From NCBI GenBank assembly GCA_031429095.1, contig JANOYY010000037.1, positions 4,883 through 68,882 of the forward strand: a stretch of 64,000 bases of DNA, given 5' to 3'. The position numbers and the translations under genes were made by a program. Origin of the DNA: Acidimicrobiia bacterium (GTDB taxonomy: Bacteria; Actinomycetota; Acidimicrobiia; Acidimicrobiales; JANYDT01). Below, piece by piece: positions 17,325-27,265 of this stretch. The stretch's first letter is position 1, and the number at the start of each line of letters is the position of its first letter. A model generated the notes under the pieces. The model saw only the letters and a program-made list of their open reading frames with translations, ran no database searches and was not told the DNA's origin.

Positions 17325-18350
17325 TCAGCTGGCCGGCGGCCAGTTCGTTACCCGCGGCCACAGTTCGGACCCCGACGCGCAAAACGACCGGCCGACGGTG
17401 GCCGCCCACTCGGCCTCGGTTCCGAACTCATCGCGCCAGGCCCAAAGACGGCGGGTCGTGTACTGCAACCGGTGTTCGTCGGTGTACCCGATTGCTCCGT
17501 GGATCTGGTGGGCCAGCCGTGTCACGGTGCCTACGGCGCGGCCGGCATAGGCCTTGGCCGCCCCGATAGCGACGCGGTGCTCGTCTCGATCGCGACGAGT
17601 CACGGCAACATCGGCGGCGTTATCGACCGCCGCGTTGGCTGCGGCAGCCTCGCCAGCCATTTCGACCAGGTAGTGCTGGATGATCTGGAACTTCCCGATC
17701 GCCTTTCCGAACTGCTCTCGCTCGTTTGCGTATTGGATGGAGAGGTCAACCGCCTGTTCGAGTGCGCCGGCAAGGAGCATGGCGCGTCCGAACGCGCCGG
17801 CACCCAATCCGTCGGCCGACGTTGCGAACCCGCCAACCGCTCCCGCGCACAGGTCGGCGGGCTTGTAGCCTTTCCACGGCTCGCCCGCGTAGTTTGACCC
17901 GGTGTCGATTGGGGAAAGGTCTGTGGTCTGGTGGAGTGCAACCCCGGCGTCGGATACCGAGACAATGTGGCCGGCCACGCCTGCCCACGGGACCCGGACA
18001 ACGTCGCGGCCCTCGCGTACGACGGCCAGCGCGAGCGGTCCGGCCGGAACCTCTTGGCCGGGCAGAAAGCTAGCTGCAATGAGTGTGTCGGCCAGTGGAA
18101 CCGGAGCGCTGTGGCGTCCGGCTGCCTTGACGATTGCGACGAGATCATGCAGCGTGCCCCCTGCCCCGCCGCTTGCCTCGTCGCGACCGACGGCAGTGAG
18201 ACCGTTTTCCTCAAGAAGTGTCCAAAGGGATACATCCATGGAACCCTCGGCGGCGTGAATGCGCTCCGGTGTGCATTCCTTTTCGAGCAGGGATTCGATC
18301 GTCTCGACGAGCAATTCATCGGCGCGCATAGAAGTTGTGTTCGTCGTCAT
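17325..18350 (-). CDS. Acyl-CoA dehydrogenase family protein (short, possible beta-type subunit)
   Basis: YANEREQFGKAIGKFQIIQHYLVEMAGE motif. Start set at ATG 18350, 1 nt after the stop of the upstream ACAD gene. Confidence 0.8.
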   Translation of the reverse strand: MTTNTTSMRADELLVETIESLLEKECTPERIHAAEGSMDVSLWTLLEENGLTAVGRDEASGGAGGTLHDLVAIVKAAGRHSAPVPLADTLIAASFLPGQEVPAGPLALAVVREGRDVVRVPWAGVAGHIVSVSDAGVALHQTTDLSPIDTGSNYAGEPWKGYKPADLCAGAVGGFATSADGLGAGAFGRAMLLAGALEQAVDLSIQYANEREQFGKAIGKFQIIQHYLVEMAGEAAAANAAVDNAADVAVTRRDRDEHRVAIGAAKAYAGRAVGTVTRLAHQIHGAIGYTDEHRLQYTTRRLWAWRDEFGTEAEWAATVGRSFCASGSELWPRVTNWPPAS

Positions 18351-18351
18351 T

Positions 18352-19497
18352 TCAGCGCACTCCCAATTCCCGGGCAACGATGCCTCGAAGTATTTCGTTG
18401 GTACCACCTCGGAGAGTGAATCCAGGCGCGGCCAGGACGGCGTCTTCAACCAGCAGATCGAACGCCCGGTTCACGCCGGGGGGAACGAGTTGCCGGGCGA
18501 CCTCGCTGATCTCTGACTCCAATCGAGTTCCCATGTCCTTTACCAGAGCGGCCTCCGTGACGGGAAGGGCACCATTGTCGAGCGACACTGCCACCGAGAT
18601 ACACAATCGACGGAGCGCGCCGAGCCGAGTCACGAGCATGCCGATCTGTGCAGCTGCCTCATCGCTCGGATGGGGACCGACCGCCTCAATAAGTGCACTG
18701 AGCACCGGAAACGTGGAGAGGTAGCGTTCCGGGCCGGATCGCTCGAAGGCCAGTTCGCCAATTACCTGTGCCCACCCGTTGCCAAGCTGGCCGAGAAGCA
18801 TGTAGTCGGGAACGAACACGTCGGCCATTACGACTTCGTTGAAATGGTGGTGCCCACTGAGCAAACGAATCGGCCGGATCTCGACACCCGGGGCATGGAG
18901 GTCCATGACGAACTGGCTCATGCCAGCGTGCTTCCCGCCTGCCTCTGCCAACGGGGTCGTGCGCACAAGAACAATGAAATAGTGGTTGTTGTGTGCCTGG
19001 CTGGTCCACACCTTGGTGCCATTGAGCAGCCAACCTCCGTCGGTGCGAGTTGCGGTTGAACGAATGTTGGCCAGGTCCGAGCCGGCATCGGGTTCACTCA
19101 TTCCGATCGAGAAGTAAATCTCTCCGGACGCCATGCCGGGCACCAGTTCCCGTTTTGCCTGTTCGGATCCGTGCTTCAAGACGGCGGGACCGGATTGACG
19201 GTCACTCACCCAGTGCGCAGCGATTGGGGCCCCGTGGGCAAGGAGTTCCTCAGACACCACGAATCGATCAAGAGCGGTGAGCTCATGGCCGCCGTACTCT
19301 TTTGGCCACGACAGCCCAAGGAAACCATTCGTCCCGAGCTTTTTTGAAAACGTTGGGTCGTGTTGCGACAACCAGGTGTCGCAACGGGGCACGAACGACC
19401 CATCGGCGATTTCGGCGGCGAGAAACGAGCGCAGTCGAAGTCGAAGTTCTTCAGTTGACGCAGGCAGCGCCGCAGGGGGAAAAGAGAGTCGAGGCAT
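18352..19497 (-). CDS. Acyl-CoA dehydrogenase family protein
   Basis: GFLGLSWPKEYGG, FSIGMSEPDAGSDLANIRSTA, GTKVWTSQAH and a C-terminal GGTNEILR-type motif. Confidence 0.85.
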   Translation of the reverse strand: MPRLSFPPAALPASTEELRLRLRSFLAAEIADGSFVPRCDTWLSQHDPTFSKKLGTNGFLGLSWPKEYGGHELTALDRFVVSEELLAHGAPIAAHWVSDRQSGPAVLKHGSEQAKRELVPGMASGEIYFSIGMSEPDAGSDLANIRSTATRTDGGWLLNGTKVWTSQAHNNHYFIVLVRTTPLAEAGGKHAGMSQFVMDLHAPGVEIRPIRLLSGHHHFNEVVMADVFVPDYMLLGQLGNGWAQVIGELAFERSGPERYLSTFPVLSALIEAVGPHPSDEAAAQIGMLVTRLGALRRLCISVAVSLDNGALPVTEAALVKDMGTRLESEISEVARQLVPPGVNRAFDLLVEDAVLAAPGFTLRGGTNEILRGIVARELGVR

Positions 19498-19552
19498 CTC
19501 CTACAGTCTGGCCGACCGGGACAGGAAACAGCGAGTCGGCGACCATCGACCG

Positions 19553-20677
19553 TTAGGCCAATGCAGCGGCCAATGGGACTGCGGCTCGACCGAGGGATTG
19601 CGCGACGACATCGTTGGTGAGCACCCCTCCTACGCAATTGAATCCATGGGCCAGCGCCGGGTCGTGAAGGGGCGCGCCCCGGAGGTCGGCGGCGACAGCA
19701 GCGATGTAGGGGAGCGTTGCGTTCGTGAGCGCATAGGTTGATGTGAACGGAACGGCACCCGGCATGTTGCCAACGGCGTAATGCAGGACCCCGTGGAGTT
19801 CATAGGTGGGCGAGCTGTGGCTCGTCTCATGGGTGGTTTCGAAACAACCTCCCTGATCAACGGCGACGTCGACCACGACGGATCCGGGTCGCATTGACTT
19901 GATCATCGACTCGGTGACGACCACCGGTGCGCGTCCGCCGGCGACCAGCACCGCTCCAATGACGCAGTCGGCGTCGGCGACGGCGCGCTCAATCGCTCCG
20001 GCGTTCGACGCAATCGTCACGATCCGGCCCTGGTGGATCTGGTCGATGAACCGGAGTCGTTCCAGGTTCTTATCGATCAGGATCACTTCGGCTCCCATAC
20101 CGGCGGCGACCCGTGCTGCGCTCCACCCGACGTTGCCGCCACCAAGCACCACTACCTTGGCCGGTTTCACGCCGGGAACGCCGCCCATCAAGAGGCCGCG
20201 TCCGCCCTTGGGTCGTTCCAGGAAATGCGCCCCCATCTGAGGTGCCAACTTTCCGGCCACTTCGCTCATCGGGGCCAAGAGCGGCAGCGTGGCGTTGGCA
20301 AGTTCGACCGTCTCGTAGGCAATCGCGGTGGTCTTGGCCGACAGGAGTGCATCGGCCACCTTCGGGTACGCAGCAAGGTGTAGGTACGTGAAGAGCGTCA
20401 GGTCGCAGCGGAGGTATTGAAACTCCGATTCCTGAGGCTCTTTGACCTTCACGACCATTTCTTGGGCCCACGCGTCCTCGGCGGTCGGCACGATCGTTGC
20501 GCCGGCGAGCCGGTAGTCATCGTCGGTGATGGAGCAACCGCTCCCGGCACCGGCCTGCACGAATACCTCCGTGCCGTGGCGTTCGAGTTCGCGAATCCCA
20601 TCGGGAGTCATGGCGACGCGTCCTTCGGACGATTTGATTTCGGTGGGAACACCGACGGTTCGAGCGGTTGGAGCCAT
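19553..20677 (-). CDS. ald: Alanine dehydrogenase
   Basis: VGVPTEIKSSEGRVAMTPDG, VKVKEPQ, LFTYLHLAA, VVVLGGGNVG. Confidence 0.93.
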   Translation of the reverse strand: MAPTARTVGVPTEIKSSEGRVAMTPDGIRELERHGTEVFVQAGAGSGCSITDDDYRLAGATIVPTAEDAWAQEMVVKVKEPQESEFQYLRCDLTLFTYLHLAAYPKVADALLSAKTTAIAYETVELANATLPLLAPMSEVAGKLAPQMGAHFLERPKGGRGLLMGGVPGVKPAKVVVLGGGNVGWSAARVAAGMGAEVILIDKNLERLRFIDQIHQGRIVTIASNAGAIERAVADADCVIGAVLVAGGRAPVVVTESMIKSMRPGSVVVDVAVDQGGCFETTHETSHSSPTYELHGVLHYAVGNMPGAVPFTSTYALTNATLPYIAAVAADLRGAPLHDPALAHGFNCVGGVLTNDVVAQSLGRAAVPLAAALA

Positions 20678-20743
20678 GTCTTATCGTCCACGAATCGACG
20701 CCGTGGAGTCGGAGGAATTCGCAGGCTGGTAGGGTCATGTGCC

Positions 20744-21184
20744 GTGGAATCCAAGGCGATCGACCGGATTGACCAGACAATCATCGCCGCGCTTCAGGCC
20801 GACGGTCGAATGAGCTGGCGCGAGCTCGGTGATCGAGTCCATCTCTCGGCCACGTCGGTCGGTGACCGGGTCCGGCGTCTGGAGCAGATGGGTGTCATCA
20901 CGGCGTACCGGGCAATTATCGACCCGGCTGCGATCGGCCGCGAGTTGCGGGCCGTCGTGGAGTTGTCCTTGCGTCCCGAAGTGATCCCGGAAGACTTTGA
21001 AGCGGCGCTTGAGCTCCGTCCGGAGGTCACGTTCGCGGCCTATGTCACCGGCGCTGCGGACTATGCGATTCTTCTTGATTGTGCGGGCCCGCAGGGCCTT
21101 GACGCCTTTACCCGGTGGTGTAAGGCGAACGGAGCGGCACACACGGAGAGCCGGGTAGTGCTTCGCAGAGTTGTCGGCTATTAG
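20744..21184 (+). CDS. Lrp/AsnC family transcriptional regulator (AldR-like position, divergent from ald)
   Basis: In-frame GTG at 20744 gives (M)ESKAIDRIDQTIIAALQADGRMSWRELGDRVHLSATSVGDRVRRLEQMGVI. The upstream part of the track ORF is antisense to ald. Confidence 0.85.
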   Translation: MESKAIDRIDQTIIAALQADGRMSWRELGDRVHLSATSVGDRVRRLEQMGVITAYRAIIDPAAIGRELRAVVELSLRPEVIPEDFEAALELRPEVTFAAYVTGAADYAILLDCAGPQGLDAFTRWCKANGAAHTESRVVLRRVVGY

Positions 21185-21218
21185 GAGCCGACAACTCTGA
21201 ATTCGTGTTCCGAATTCA
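21166..21218 (+). terminator. Two consecutive hairpins after the Lrp gene: 14-bp perfect stem, then 8-bp stem
   Basis: cagagttgtcggct / agccgacaactctg (21166-21179 / 21186-21199, with the TAG stop in the loop), then tgaattcg / cgaattca (21198-21205 / 21211-21218). No clear T-tract. Confidence 0.45.
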
Positions 21219-21288
21219 TGTGTAAAACTCACGCCCCGACGGTTTTTCGATTCATACTCACTTCTCGGGAAACGGAGAGGGAAAATAC

Positions 21289-22431
21289 GTGACTCGCGGA
21301 CAGGGCTCAGTAGCGCTCGCCAGCGTCTCGAAACGGTTCGGGGCAATTACAGCCGTCGACGATGTCTCGCTTGCCATCGAAGCAGGCGAATTCGTTGCGC
21401 TCCTCGGACCATCGGGTTGTGGGAAAACAACCTGCCTCCGCATGATTGCGGGGTTCGAACAGCCCGACGAAGGCGAGGTGTTCATTTCCGGTACGGCGGT
21501 GCAAACGATCCCAGCCCACAAACGTGATGTGAATACCGTCTTCCAGAGCTACTCCCTGTTCCCGCACATGACCGTGCTCGACAATGTCGCCTTTGGCCCT
21601 CGGTCGCGTGGTGTCGAAAAGGCGATGGCACGTCGTCAGGCGCAGGAGATGCTCGAAATCGTTCGGCTGGGCGATTTTGGGTCACGCAAACCAGCACAGA
21701 TGTCGGGTGGACAGCAACAGCGCGTCGCGTTGGCGCGAGCCTTGGTCAATAGGCCAAGTGCACTTTTGCTCGATGAACCGCTCGCCGCGCTCGACCTCAA
21801 ACTTCGCCAGGCGATGCAACTTGAGCTCAAACGGATTCAGCGTGAGGTCGGTATCACGTTCATCTTCGTGACCCACGACCAAGCGGAAGCCCTGACCATG
21901 AGCGACCGCATTGCCGTGATGAATCAGGGACGGATCGAGCAAATCGGCTCGCCGGAGGAAATCTACGGACAGCCAGCGTCAGTGTTCGTTGCAGGATTTA
22001 TCGGTTCAGCGAACCTTCTGCCGGCCACAATCGTAGGTGTACAGAACGATTCGGTCGAGGCACGTCTCGCCGGTGGTGCCGCGGTGAGTTCGGTCCGCAA
22101 CGGCCGTACGTTCACAGAGGGTCAGAAAGTCACCGTAATGCTGCGTCCGGAGCGCATTGCTCTCGATGACAATGAGCGGTCCGGACGAGTCGGCCTCTGG
22201 ACGACCGTAACGAATCGAGTGTTCCACGGCGCATCAAGCGATGTGCACGTCTTGACCGACGAGGGAACCGAGTTGGTCGCCGACCTTGAGGCCGACGACG
22301 GATTGTCGTGCCAGGTCGGCGAACGTCTCTGGCTCAGTTGGGCAGTGGGGAGCGCATACGTGCTTCCAGAGGTGACGACGTTTGCCGGAGCAACCGGGAC
22401 CGACGTCGAGCAAGTCGAAGCATCCCTGTGA
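21289..22431 (+). CDS. potA: Polyamine-type ABC transporter ATP-binding protein (PotA-like)
   Basis: LLGPSGCGKTT, FQSYSLFPHMTV, LSGGQQQRVALARAL, LLLDEP and a C-terminal TOBE-like region. Confidence 0.8.
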   Translation: MTRGQGSVALASVSKRFGAITAVDDVSLAIEAGEFVALLGPSGCGKTTCLRMIAGFEQPDEGEVFISGTAVQTIPAHKRDVNTVFQSYSLFPHMTVLDNVAFGPRSRGVEKAMARRQAQEMLEIVRLGDFGSRKPAQMSGGQQQRVALARALVNRPSALLLDEPLAALDLKLRQAMQLELKRIQREVGITFIFVTHDQAEALTMSDRIAVMNQGRIEQIGSPEEIYGQPASVFVAGFIGSANLLPATIVGVQNDSVEARLAGGAAVSSVRNGRTFTEGQKVTVMLRPERIALDDNERSGRVGLWTTVTNRVFHGASSDVHVLTDEGTELVADLEADDGLSCQVGERLWLSWAVGSAYVLPEVTTFAGATGTDVEQVEASL

Positions 22432-22476
22432 TTCCGCGACAATTTCGTTGCGATCCGTCAAACCCCTGGAGAACCG

Positions 22477-23580
22477 ATGTCACTTTCCCGCCGTGAGTTC
22501 CTTGTTCGTTCCGGCTTGTTCGCCGTACTTTCGCCATCAGTGTTGGCCGCGTGCAGCAGCGGTGGGAAAACCAGTGGATCCAAGAAGACGGTAAGCATTG
22601 CTGCCTGGCCGGCCTACCTCGATGGCAGCGATGATCCGACCAAGTCGCCCACGATTGCCTCCTTTACGAAGACCACAGGGATCGAGGTGGACTACCAGGT
22701 GGCGATCGACGACAACGTTACGTTCACTTCAAAATTCGAAGCTGATCTGAAATCAGGAAAGGGCATCGGATTCGACATCGCCCAACCGACGTCGTGGATG
22801 GCCGCAAAGTGGATTGAGAACGGGTGGGTCGAATCACTTGGCGAAGTCCCGAACAAGGGCAATCTTGTTGATTCCCTGACCAACGTTGCCTACGACCCGG
22901 ACCGTTCGAAGTCGCTCCCGTACTCAATCATTCAGACCGGGATCGCGTACTACCCCGACAAGACCGGTGGCGAGATTGCGAGCATCAAGGATCTGTTCAA
23001 TCCGGCGTTGAAGGGAAAGATAACGATCCTCACTGAGATGCGTGACTCGGTCGGCTTCATGTTGCTGATGAACGGAATCAGCCCGGCCGATGCATCGCTT
23101 GGCGACATGTTGAAGGCGTGCGAGGAATTGAAGAAACTGCGCGATGCCGGTCAGTTCCGAAAGATAACTGGCAACGGGTACATCGAGGATCTCGGGACAG
23201 GCGACACCGCAGCATCGATGGCATGGTCCGGCGATGTGGCCAGTATCCAAGCCGATGCTCCCGACCTCAAATGGGTCATACCCGCCGAGGGCGGCATGTT
23301 GTCCAGTGACACGCTCGTGATTCCAAAGGGCGGCAACGTCGAGACCGCGTCCGCCTGGATCAACTATCTGTACGACCCGAAAGTGTCGGGTCCGCTTTTC
23401 GAGGCGATCAACTACGGATCTCCGGTGAAGGGTGCCAGCGAGTCGATGTCCGACGCTGCGAAGAACAGTTCGGTCATCAATCCGGGCCCGGAGGTAGCGC
23501 TGTCCACGTTCCGTTCCCTGACTGACGACGAAGCAACGCAGGTCGAGAACGCGTTCATCGCGGCGACGCAGCAAGGCTGA
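22477..23580 (+). CDS. potD: PotD/PotF family polyamine-binding lipoprotein
   Basis: Tat-like RREFLV plus lipobox LAAC. AASMAWSGDV motif typical of the PotD/F family. Confidence 0.8.
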   Translation: MSLSRREFLVRSGLFAVLSPSVLAACSSGGKTSGSKKTVSIAAWPAYLDGSDDPTKSPTIASFTKTTGIEVDYQVAIDDNVTFTSKFEADLKSGKGIGFDIAQPTSWMAAKWIENGWVESLGEVPNKGNLVDSLTNVAYDPDRSKSLPYSIIQTGIAYYPDKTGGEIASIKDLFNPALKGKITILTEMRDSVGFMLLMNGISPADASLGDMLKACEELKKLRDAGQFRKITGNGYIEDLGTGDTAASMAWSGDVASIQADAPDLKWVIPAEGGMLSSDTLVIPKGGNVETASAWINYLYDPKVSGPLFEAINYGSPVKGASESMSDAAKNSSVINPGPEVALSTFRSLTDDEATQVENAFIAATQQG

Positions 23581-23619
23581 TACAACGTGCACATAGCAAT
23601 CGACGGGATGTAGGGCGTC

Positions 23620-24477
23620 ATGGCGCTTACCGCTGGGGGTACAAAGGGAGTGGGCGACGGGCTGCGTCCTTCGCGAGTATCGGCCCCCTGGATCTTGCTC
23701 GCCCCTGGGCTGGCCTGGCTGACGTTCTTCTTCGTACTCCCGTTGTTCGAACTCGGTCGGGTCTCACTCCAAGACGGGGGTTTGTCGAACTACTCCAACG
23801 TCTTCGCTGATAACGGTAAAGTGATCATTCGCACCTTCGTCTACGCGTTTGTGGCTACCCTTCTGGCAATCGCGATCGGCTATCCGCTGGCGTACTTCAT
23901 AGCGATGAAAGCGGGAAGGTTGAAGACGCTGCTGCTTGCTGCAGTGGTCGTGCCGTTCTTCGTCACCTACCTCATCCGAACGTTGGCATGGAAGATCTTG
24001 CTGTTTGGCGACGGCCCCGTGACGGGGGTGCTTCGATCGGTCGGGCTTCTGTCGAAGAACGGTGAGATTCTGAACACCCACGCGGCCGTGATCGGTGCGC
24101 TGGTTTACAACTTCTTGCCTTTCATGGTGCTGCCCATCTATGTGTCGCTCGACAAGATTGACCGACGTCTTCTGGAAGCGGCGCCAGATCTGTATGCCGA
24201 CGCTCGCCGCACGTTTCGTCGGATTGTGTTGCCGCTTTCGCTTCCCGGGGTCTTTGCGGGCTCACTACTCACGTTTATCCCCGCATGTGGGGACTTCGTG
24301 AACGCAGAGTTGCTCGGCGGTGATCGTCAACAGATGATCGGCAACATTATCTCGAACAACTTCCTCCGACCGGCCTTCCGTCCGACGATGAGCGCACTGT
24401 CGTTCGTTCTGATGCTTCTGATCCTGTTCGGAGTGCTCATGTACGCCCGAGTTCTGGGAACCGAGGAGCTGGCGTGA
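23620..24477 (+). CDS. potB: ABC transporter permease (PotB-like)
   Basis: Six-TM MalFG-type permease with an EAAPDLYAD...R EAA loop. Confidence 0.8.
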   Translation: MALTAGGTKGVGDGLRPSRVSAPWILLAPGLAWLTFFFVLPLFELGRVSLQDGGLSNYSNVFADNGKVIIRTFVYAFVATLLAIAIGYPLAYFIAMKAGRLKTLLLAAVVVPFFVTYLIRTLAWKILLFGDGPVTGVLRSVGLLSKNGEILNTHAAVIGALVYNFLPFMVLPIYVSLDKIDRRLLEAAPDLYADARRTFRRIVLPLSLPGVFAGSLLTFIPACGDFVNAELLGGDRQQMIGNIISNNFLRPAFRPTMSALSFVLMLLILFGVLMYARVLGTEELA

Positions 24478-25292
24478 ACAAGCATTGGTCAAGTCGGCTA
24501 CTCGGGGCGTGGTCCGGCGTGGTCGTGGCCTATCTTTTTGCGCCGATTCTTGTCGTGGTGCTCTTTTCGTTCAACGAGCCCGGTCGCCCGTCAGCGTCAG
24601 GTTGGGTCCCGGCGAAGTACAACTACAAATGGGGTCGGTTCTCGCTCAAGGCGTGGCGAGAGTGGAACTCCGATCCCGCTCTGACGAAGGCCTTTTTTCT
24701 AAGCGTACGGATTGCTTTTGTCGTTGTTGTGATTGCGACCATTCTGGGAACGTTGATGTCACTGGCCCTCGTCAAGTACCGCTTTCGCGGGAAGGGAGTC
24801 GTCAATATGCTGCTGGTATTGCCGCTCACGATGCCCGAAGTGGTGCTGGGTTTCTCACTCCTGACGCTCTTCACGACGGCCAACGTCGCACGTGGCTTGC
24901 TTACGATCATCATCGCGCACGTGATGTTTTGCGTGAGCTACATCACCACCACCGTCAAGGCGCGAATCCGAGGGTTCGACTGGCGACTCGAAGAGGCGGC
25001 CGCCGATCTCGGCGCAAACTCCTGGTACACGTTCACTCGTGTGACTCTTCCGATCATCGCGCCCGGTATCGCCGCAGCTGCGCTCCTCACTTTCGCGCTC
25101 TCCCTCGACGACTTCATCATCACGTACCTCAATTCCGGCCGCGTCGAGACGTTCCCGATTCGCATCTGGCTGAAGAAGAAGTTCGGCGTACCGCCCCTGA
25201 TCAACGTGTTCGGAACCGTCGTCTTGTTGTTCTCCCTCGCCCTTTCCGTCGGTGGCGTCCTCGCCGGACGTCGAAAAGCCGCCCGGCTGTAA
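24474..25292 (+). CDS. potC: ABC transporter permease (PotC-like)
   Basis: EAAADLGANSWYTFTRVTLP EAA loop. 4-nt overlap with potB. Confidence 0.8.
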   Translation: MNKHWSSRLLGAWSGVVVAYLFAPILVVVLFSFNEPGRPSASGWVPAKYNYKWGRFSLKAWREWNSDPALTKAFFLSVRIAFVVVVIATILGTLMSLALVKYRFRGKGVVNMLLVLPLTMPEVVLGFSLLTLFTTANVARGLLTIIIAHVMFCVSYITTTVKARIRGFDWRLEEAAADLGANSWYTFTRVTLPIIAPGIAAAALLTFALSLDDFIITYLNSGRVETFPIRIWLKKKFGVPPLINVFGTVVLLFSLALSVGGVLAGRRKAARL

Positions 25293-25336
25293 CAACTGCT
25301 TGTCGAATGCTTACGGCTCGGCTTTACGGTGGCCGA

Positions 25337-26197
25337 ATGAACCCGGTACCAAACCCTGTCGTGCCCGTCGCAAATCGCTTCACGCGTCGACATGCCCTTC
25401 GGCTCGGCGGCCTCGGTGTCGTAGGCGCAATTGTCGCGGCCTGTGGTTCCACTTCGTCCAACACCACCGATGGTACGGGTGCGAGTACGGCGAGCGACGT
25501 TGGATCGGCCGCTGAAGCTACGACTGAAGCGACCGTGGACGCGGCAGCGGCGACTGCGGCGGAACTCGCCTCGCTAAGCGCCCGAGACTTTGCGTCACTC
25601 GGTGCATGCCAGCTTGCACCGGAAAAGACAGCCGGTCCCTACCCCCTCGATGAGCAGTTCAACCGCCGTGACGTCACTGAAGGGATGCCCGGTCATCCGA
25701 CTCGCCTCGGATTTCGCGTTCTGGATGACAATTGCGCGCCGGTGAGCAGCGCAACGGTCGAGATCTGGCATGTCGATGCCACGGGCGATTACTCCGCCTT
25801 CGTCGACAATGGAGGAGGTAAGGACAGCGGACCGGGCACCACGTTCCTGCGAGGTACACAGCCGACGAATGCCGACGGTATCGTGGAGTTTCATACGGTG
25901 TACCCCGGCTGGTATCGCGGCCGGGCGGTCCACATTCACCTACGTGTGCATATGAATGACCAGATCGTGCTGACCAGTCAGGTGTTCTTCGACGCCGACT
26001 ATACGGCGTCGGTGTACCAATCGGCTCCCTACTCCGACAACGGACTGCCCGATACGCCCAACGAGTCCGACAACATTGCCGGTGACGTGAAGGCGGAGGG
26101 CACGCTCATGGCTACGATCGCTGGACCGACCCTTCGCGGCACCGGAACGGTGGCCCTCATCAACCTTGGCATCAATCCGACAACCCTCTTCGGGTAG
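25337..26197 (+). CDS. Intradiol ring-cleavage dioxygenase family protein with Tat/lipoprotein signal
   Basis: In-frame ATG 25337 gives [36 protein letters not shown] (twin-Arg plus lipobox). [37 protein letters not shown]. The N-terminal 284 aa of the track ORF is an off-frame shadow of potC. Confidence 0.7.
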   Translation: MNPVPNPVVPVANRFTRRHALRLGGLGVVGAIVAACGSTSSNTTDGTGASTASDVGSAAEATTEATVDAAAATAAELASLSARDFASLGACQLAPEKTAGPYPLDEQFNRRDVTEGMPGHPTRLGFRVLDDNCAPVSSATVEIWHVDATGDYSAFVDNGGGKDSGPGTTFLRGTQPTNADGIVEFHTVYPGWYRGRAVHIHLRVHMNDQIVLTSQVFFDADYTASVYQSAPYSDNGLPDTPNESDNIAGDVKAEGTLMATIAGPTLRGTGTVALINLGINPTTLFG

Positions 26198-26249
26198 CGA
26201 CGGCGAGCTGTTGCGGGTCACGGTATCGGCTCTTGTAGCGTGTACGCCC

Positions 26250-27251
26250 ATGTCGAAACAGCACAAGGTTGCCATCCTCGGTGGCGATGGAATCGGTCCC
26301 GAAGTCACCGCCGAAGCACTGAAGGTCGTTGCCGCAGCGGGCGTGGGACTCGACACGAAAGAGTACGACCTCGGTGGACGCCGGTACCATACAACCGGCG
26401 AAACGCTTTCCGACGCGACTTTGGCGGAACTGCGAGGGTACGACGCAATCTTGCTTGGTGCCATCGGCACACCCAGCGTCGCCCCTGGAGTGCTTGAGCG
26501 CGGTCTGCTGCTGAAGATGCGCTTCGAGTTGGACCTGTACATCAACCAGCGTCCGTTCCTCTATCCCCAGAACAACGTCGACTGCATCGTGATTCGTGAG
26601 AACACCGAAGGCACCTACGCTGGCGAGGGCGGACTCCTTCGCAAGGGGACGGCCCACGAAGTAGCGACGCAAGGCAGTGTCAACACACGCATGGGAGTAG
26701 AGCGCTGCGTGCGTTACGCGTTTGAACTTGCCCGCAGCCGCCCGCGCAGGCACCTTACATTGGTCCATAAGACGAACGTGCTGCAATTCTCGGGCGACCT
26801 TTGGCAGCGCACGTTCAACGAGGTGGCTAGCGAGTATTGCGACGTCGAGACGGCGTATAACCATGTCGATGCAGCGTGTATCTACTTCGTGGATTCGCCG
26901 CAACGCTACGACGTGTTGGTGACCGACAACCTTTTCGGTGACATCCTTACCGACCTCGCAGGAGCAGTGAGTGGCGGTGTCGGCCTTGCCTCGTCGGCGA
27001 ACCTCAACCCTGCTCGTACAGGTCCCTCGATGTTCGAGCCGGTGCACGGTTCTGCGCCCGATATCGTCGGCACCGGCAAGGCCGATCCGCGTGCCGCGAT
27101 CATCTCTGCGTCGTTGATGCTGAACTTCCTCGGAGAGCCGGCAGCGGCCGCGAAGATCAAGGCCGTTGTCGAGGCAACGGTGACGGGTAACTCGGCAATG
27201 CCCGCCGGACCAACGTCGGCAATTGGCGACTACATCGCGGCGCACGTCTAG
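26250..27251 (+). CDS. leuB: 3-isopropylmalate dehydrogenase
   Basis: ATG 26250 gives [62 protein letters not shown]. Confidence 0.88.
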   Translation: MSKQHKVAILGGDGIGPEVTAEALKVVAAAGVGLDTKEYDLGGRRYHTTGETLSDATLAELRGYDAILLGAIGTPSVAPGVLERGLLLKMRFELDLYINQRPFLYPQNNVDCIVIRENTEGTYAGEGGLLRKGTAHEVATQGSVNTRMGVERCVRYAFELARSRPRRHLTLVHKTNVLQFSGDLWQRTFNEVASEYCDVETAYNHVDAACIYFVDSPQRYDVLVTDNLFGDILTDLAGAVSGGVGLASSANLNPARTGPSMFEPVHGSAPDIVGTGKADPRAAIISASLMLNFLGEPAAAAKIKAVVEATVTGNSAMPAGPTSAIGDYIAAHV

Positions 27252-27265
27252 TCGCTGGCGTGTGT

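Noticed and set aside
19553-21184. The divergent ald and Lrp/AsnC regulator pair, considered as a novelty.
   Set aside because: This is the well-known aldR-ald arrangement described in mycobacteria. It is annotated as a feature only.
24485-25336. The N-terminal 284 codons of the 570-aa track ORF 24485-26197.
   Set aside because: This part is an off-frame overlap with potC and is Arg-rich. Only the part from ATG 25337 shows a signal peptide and dioxygenase motifs.
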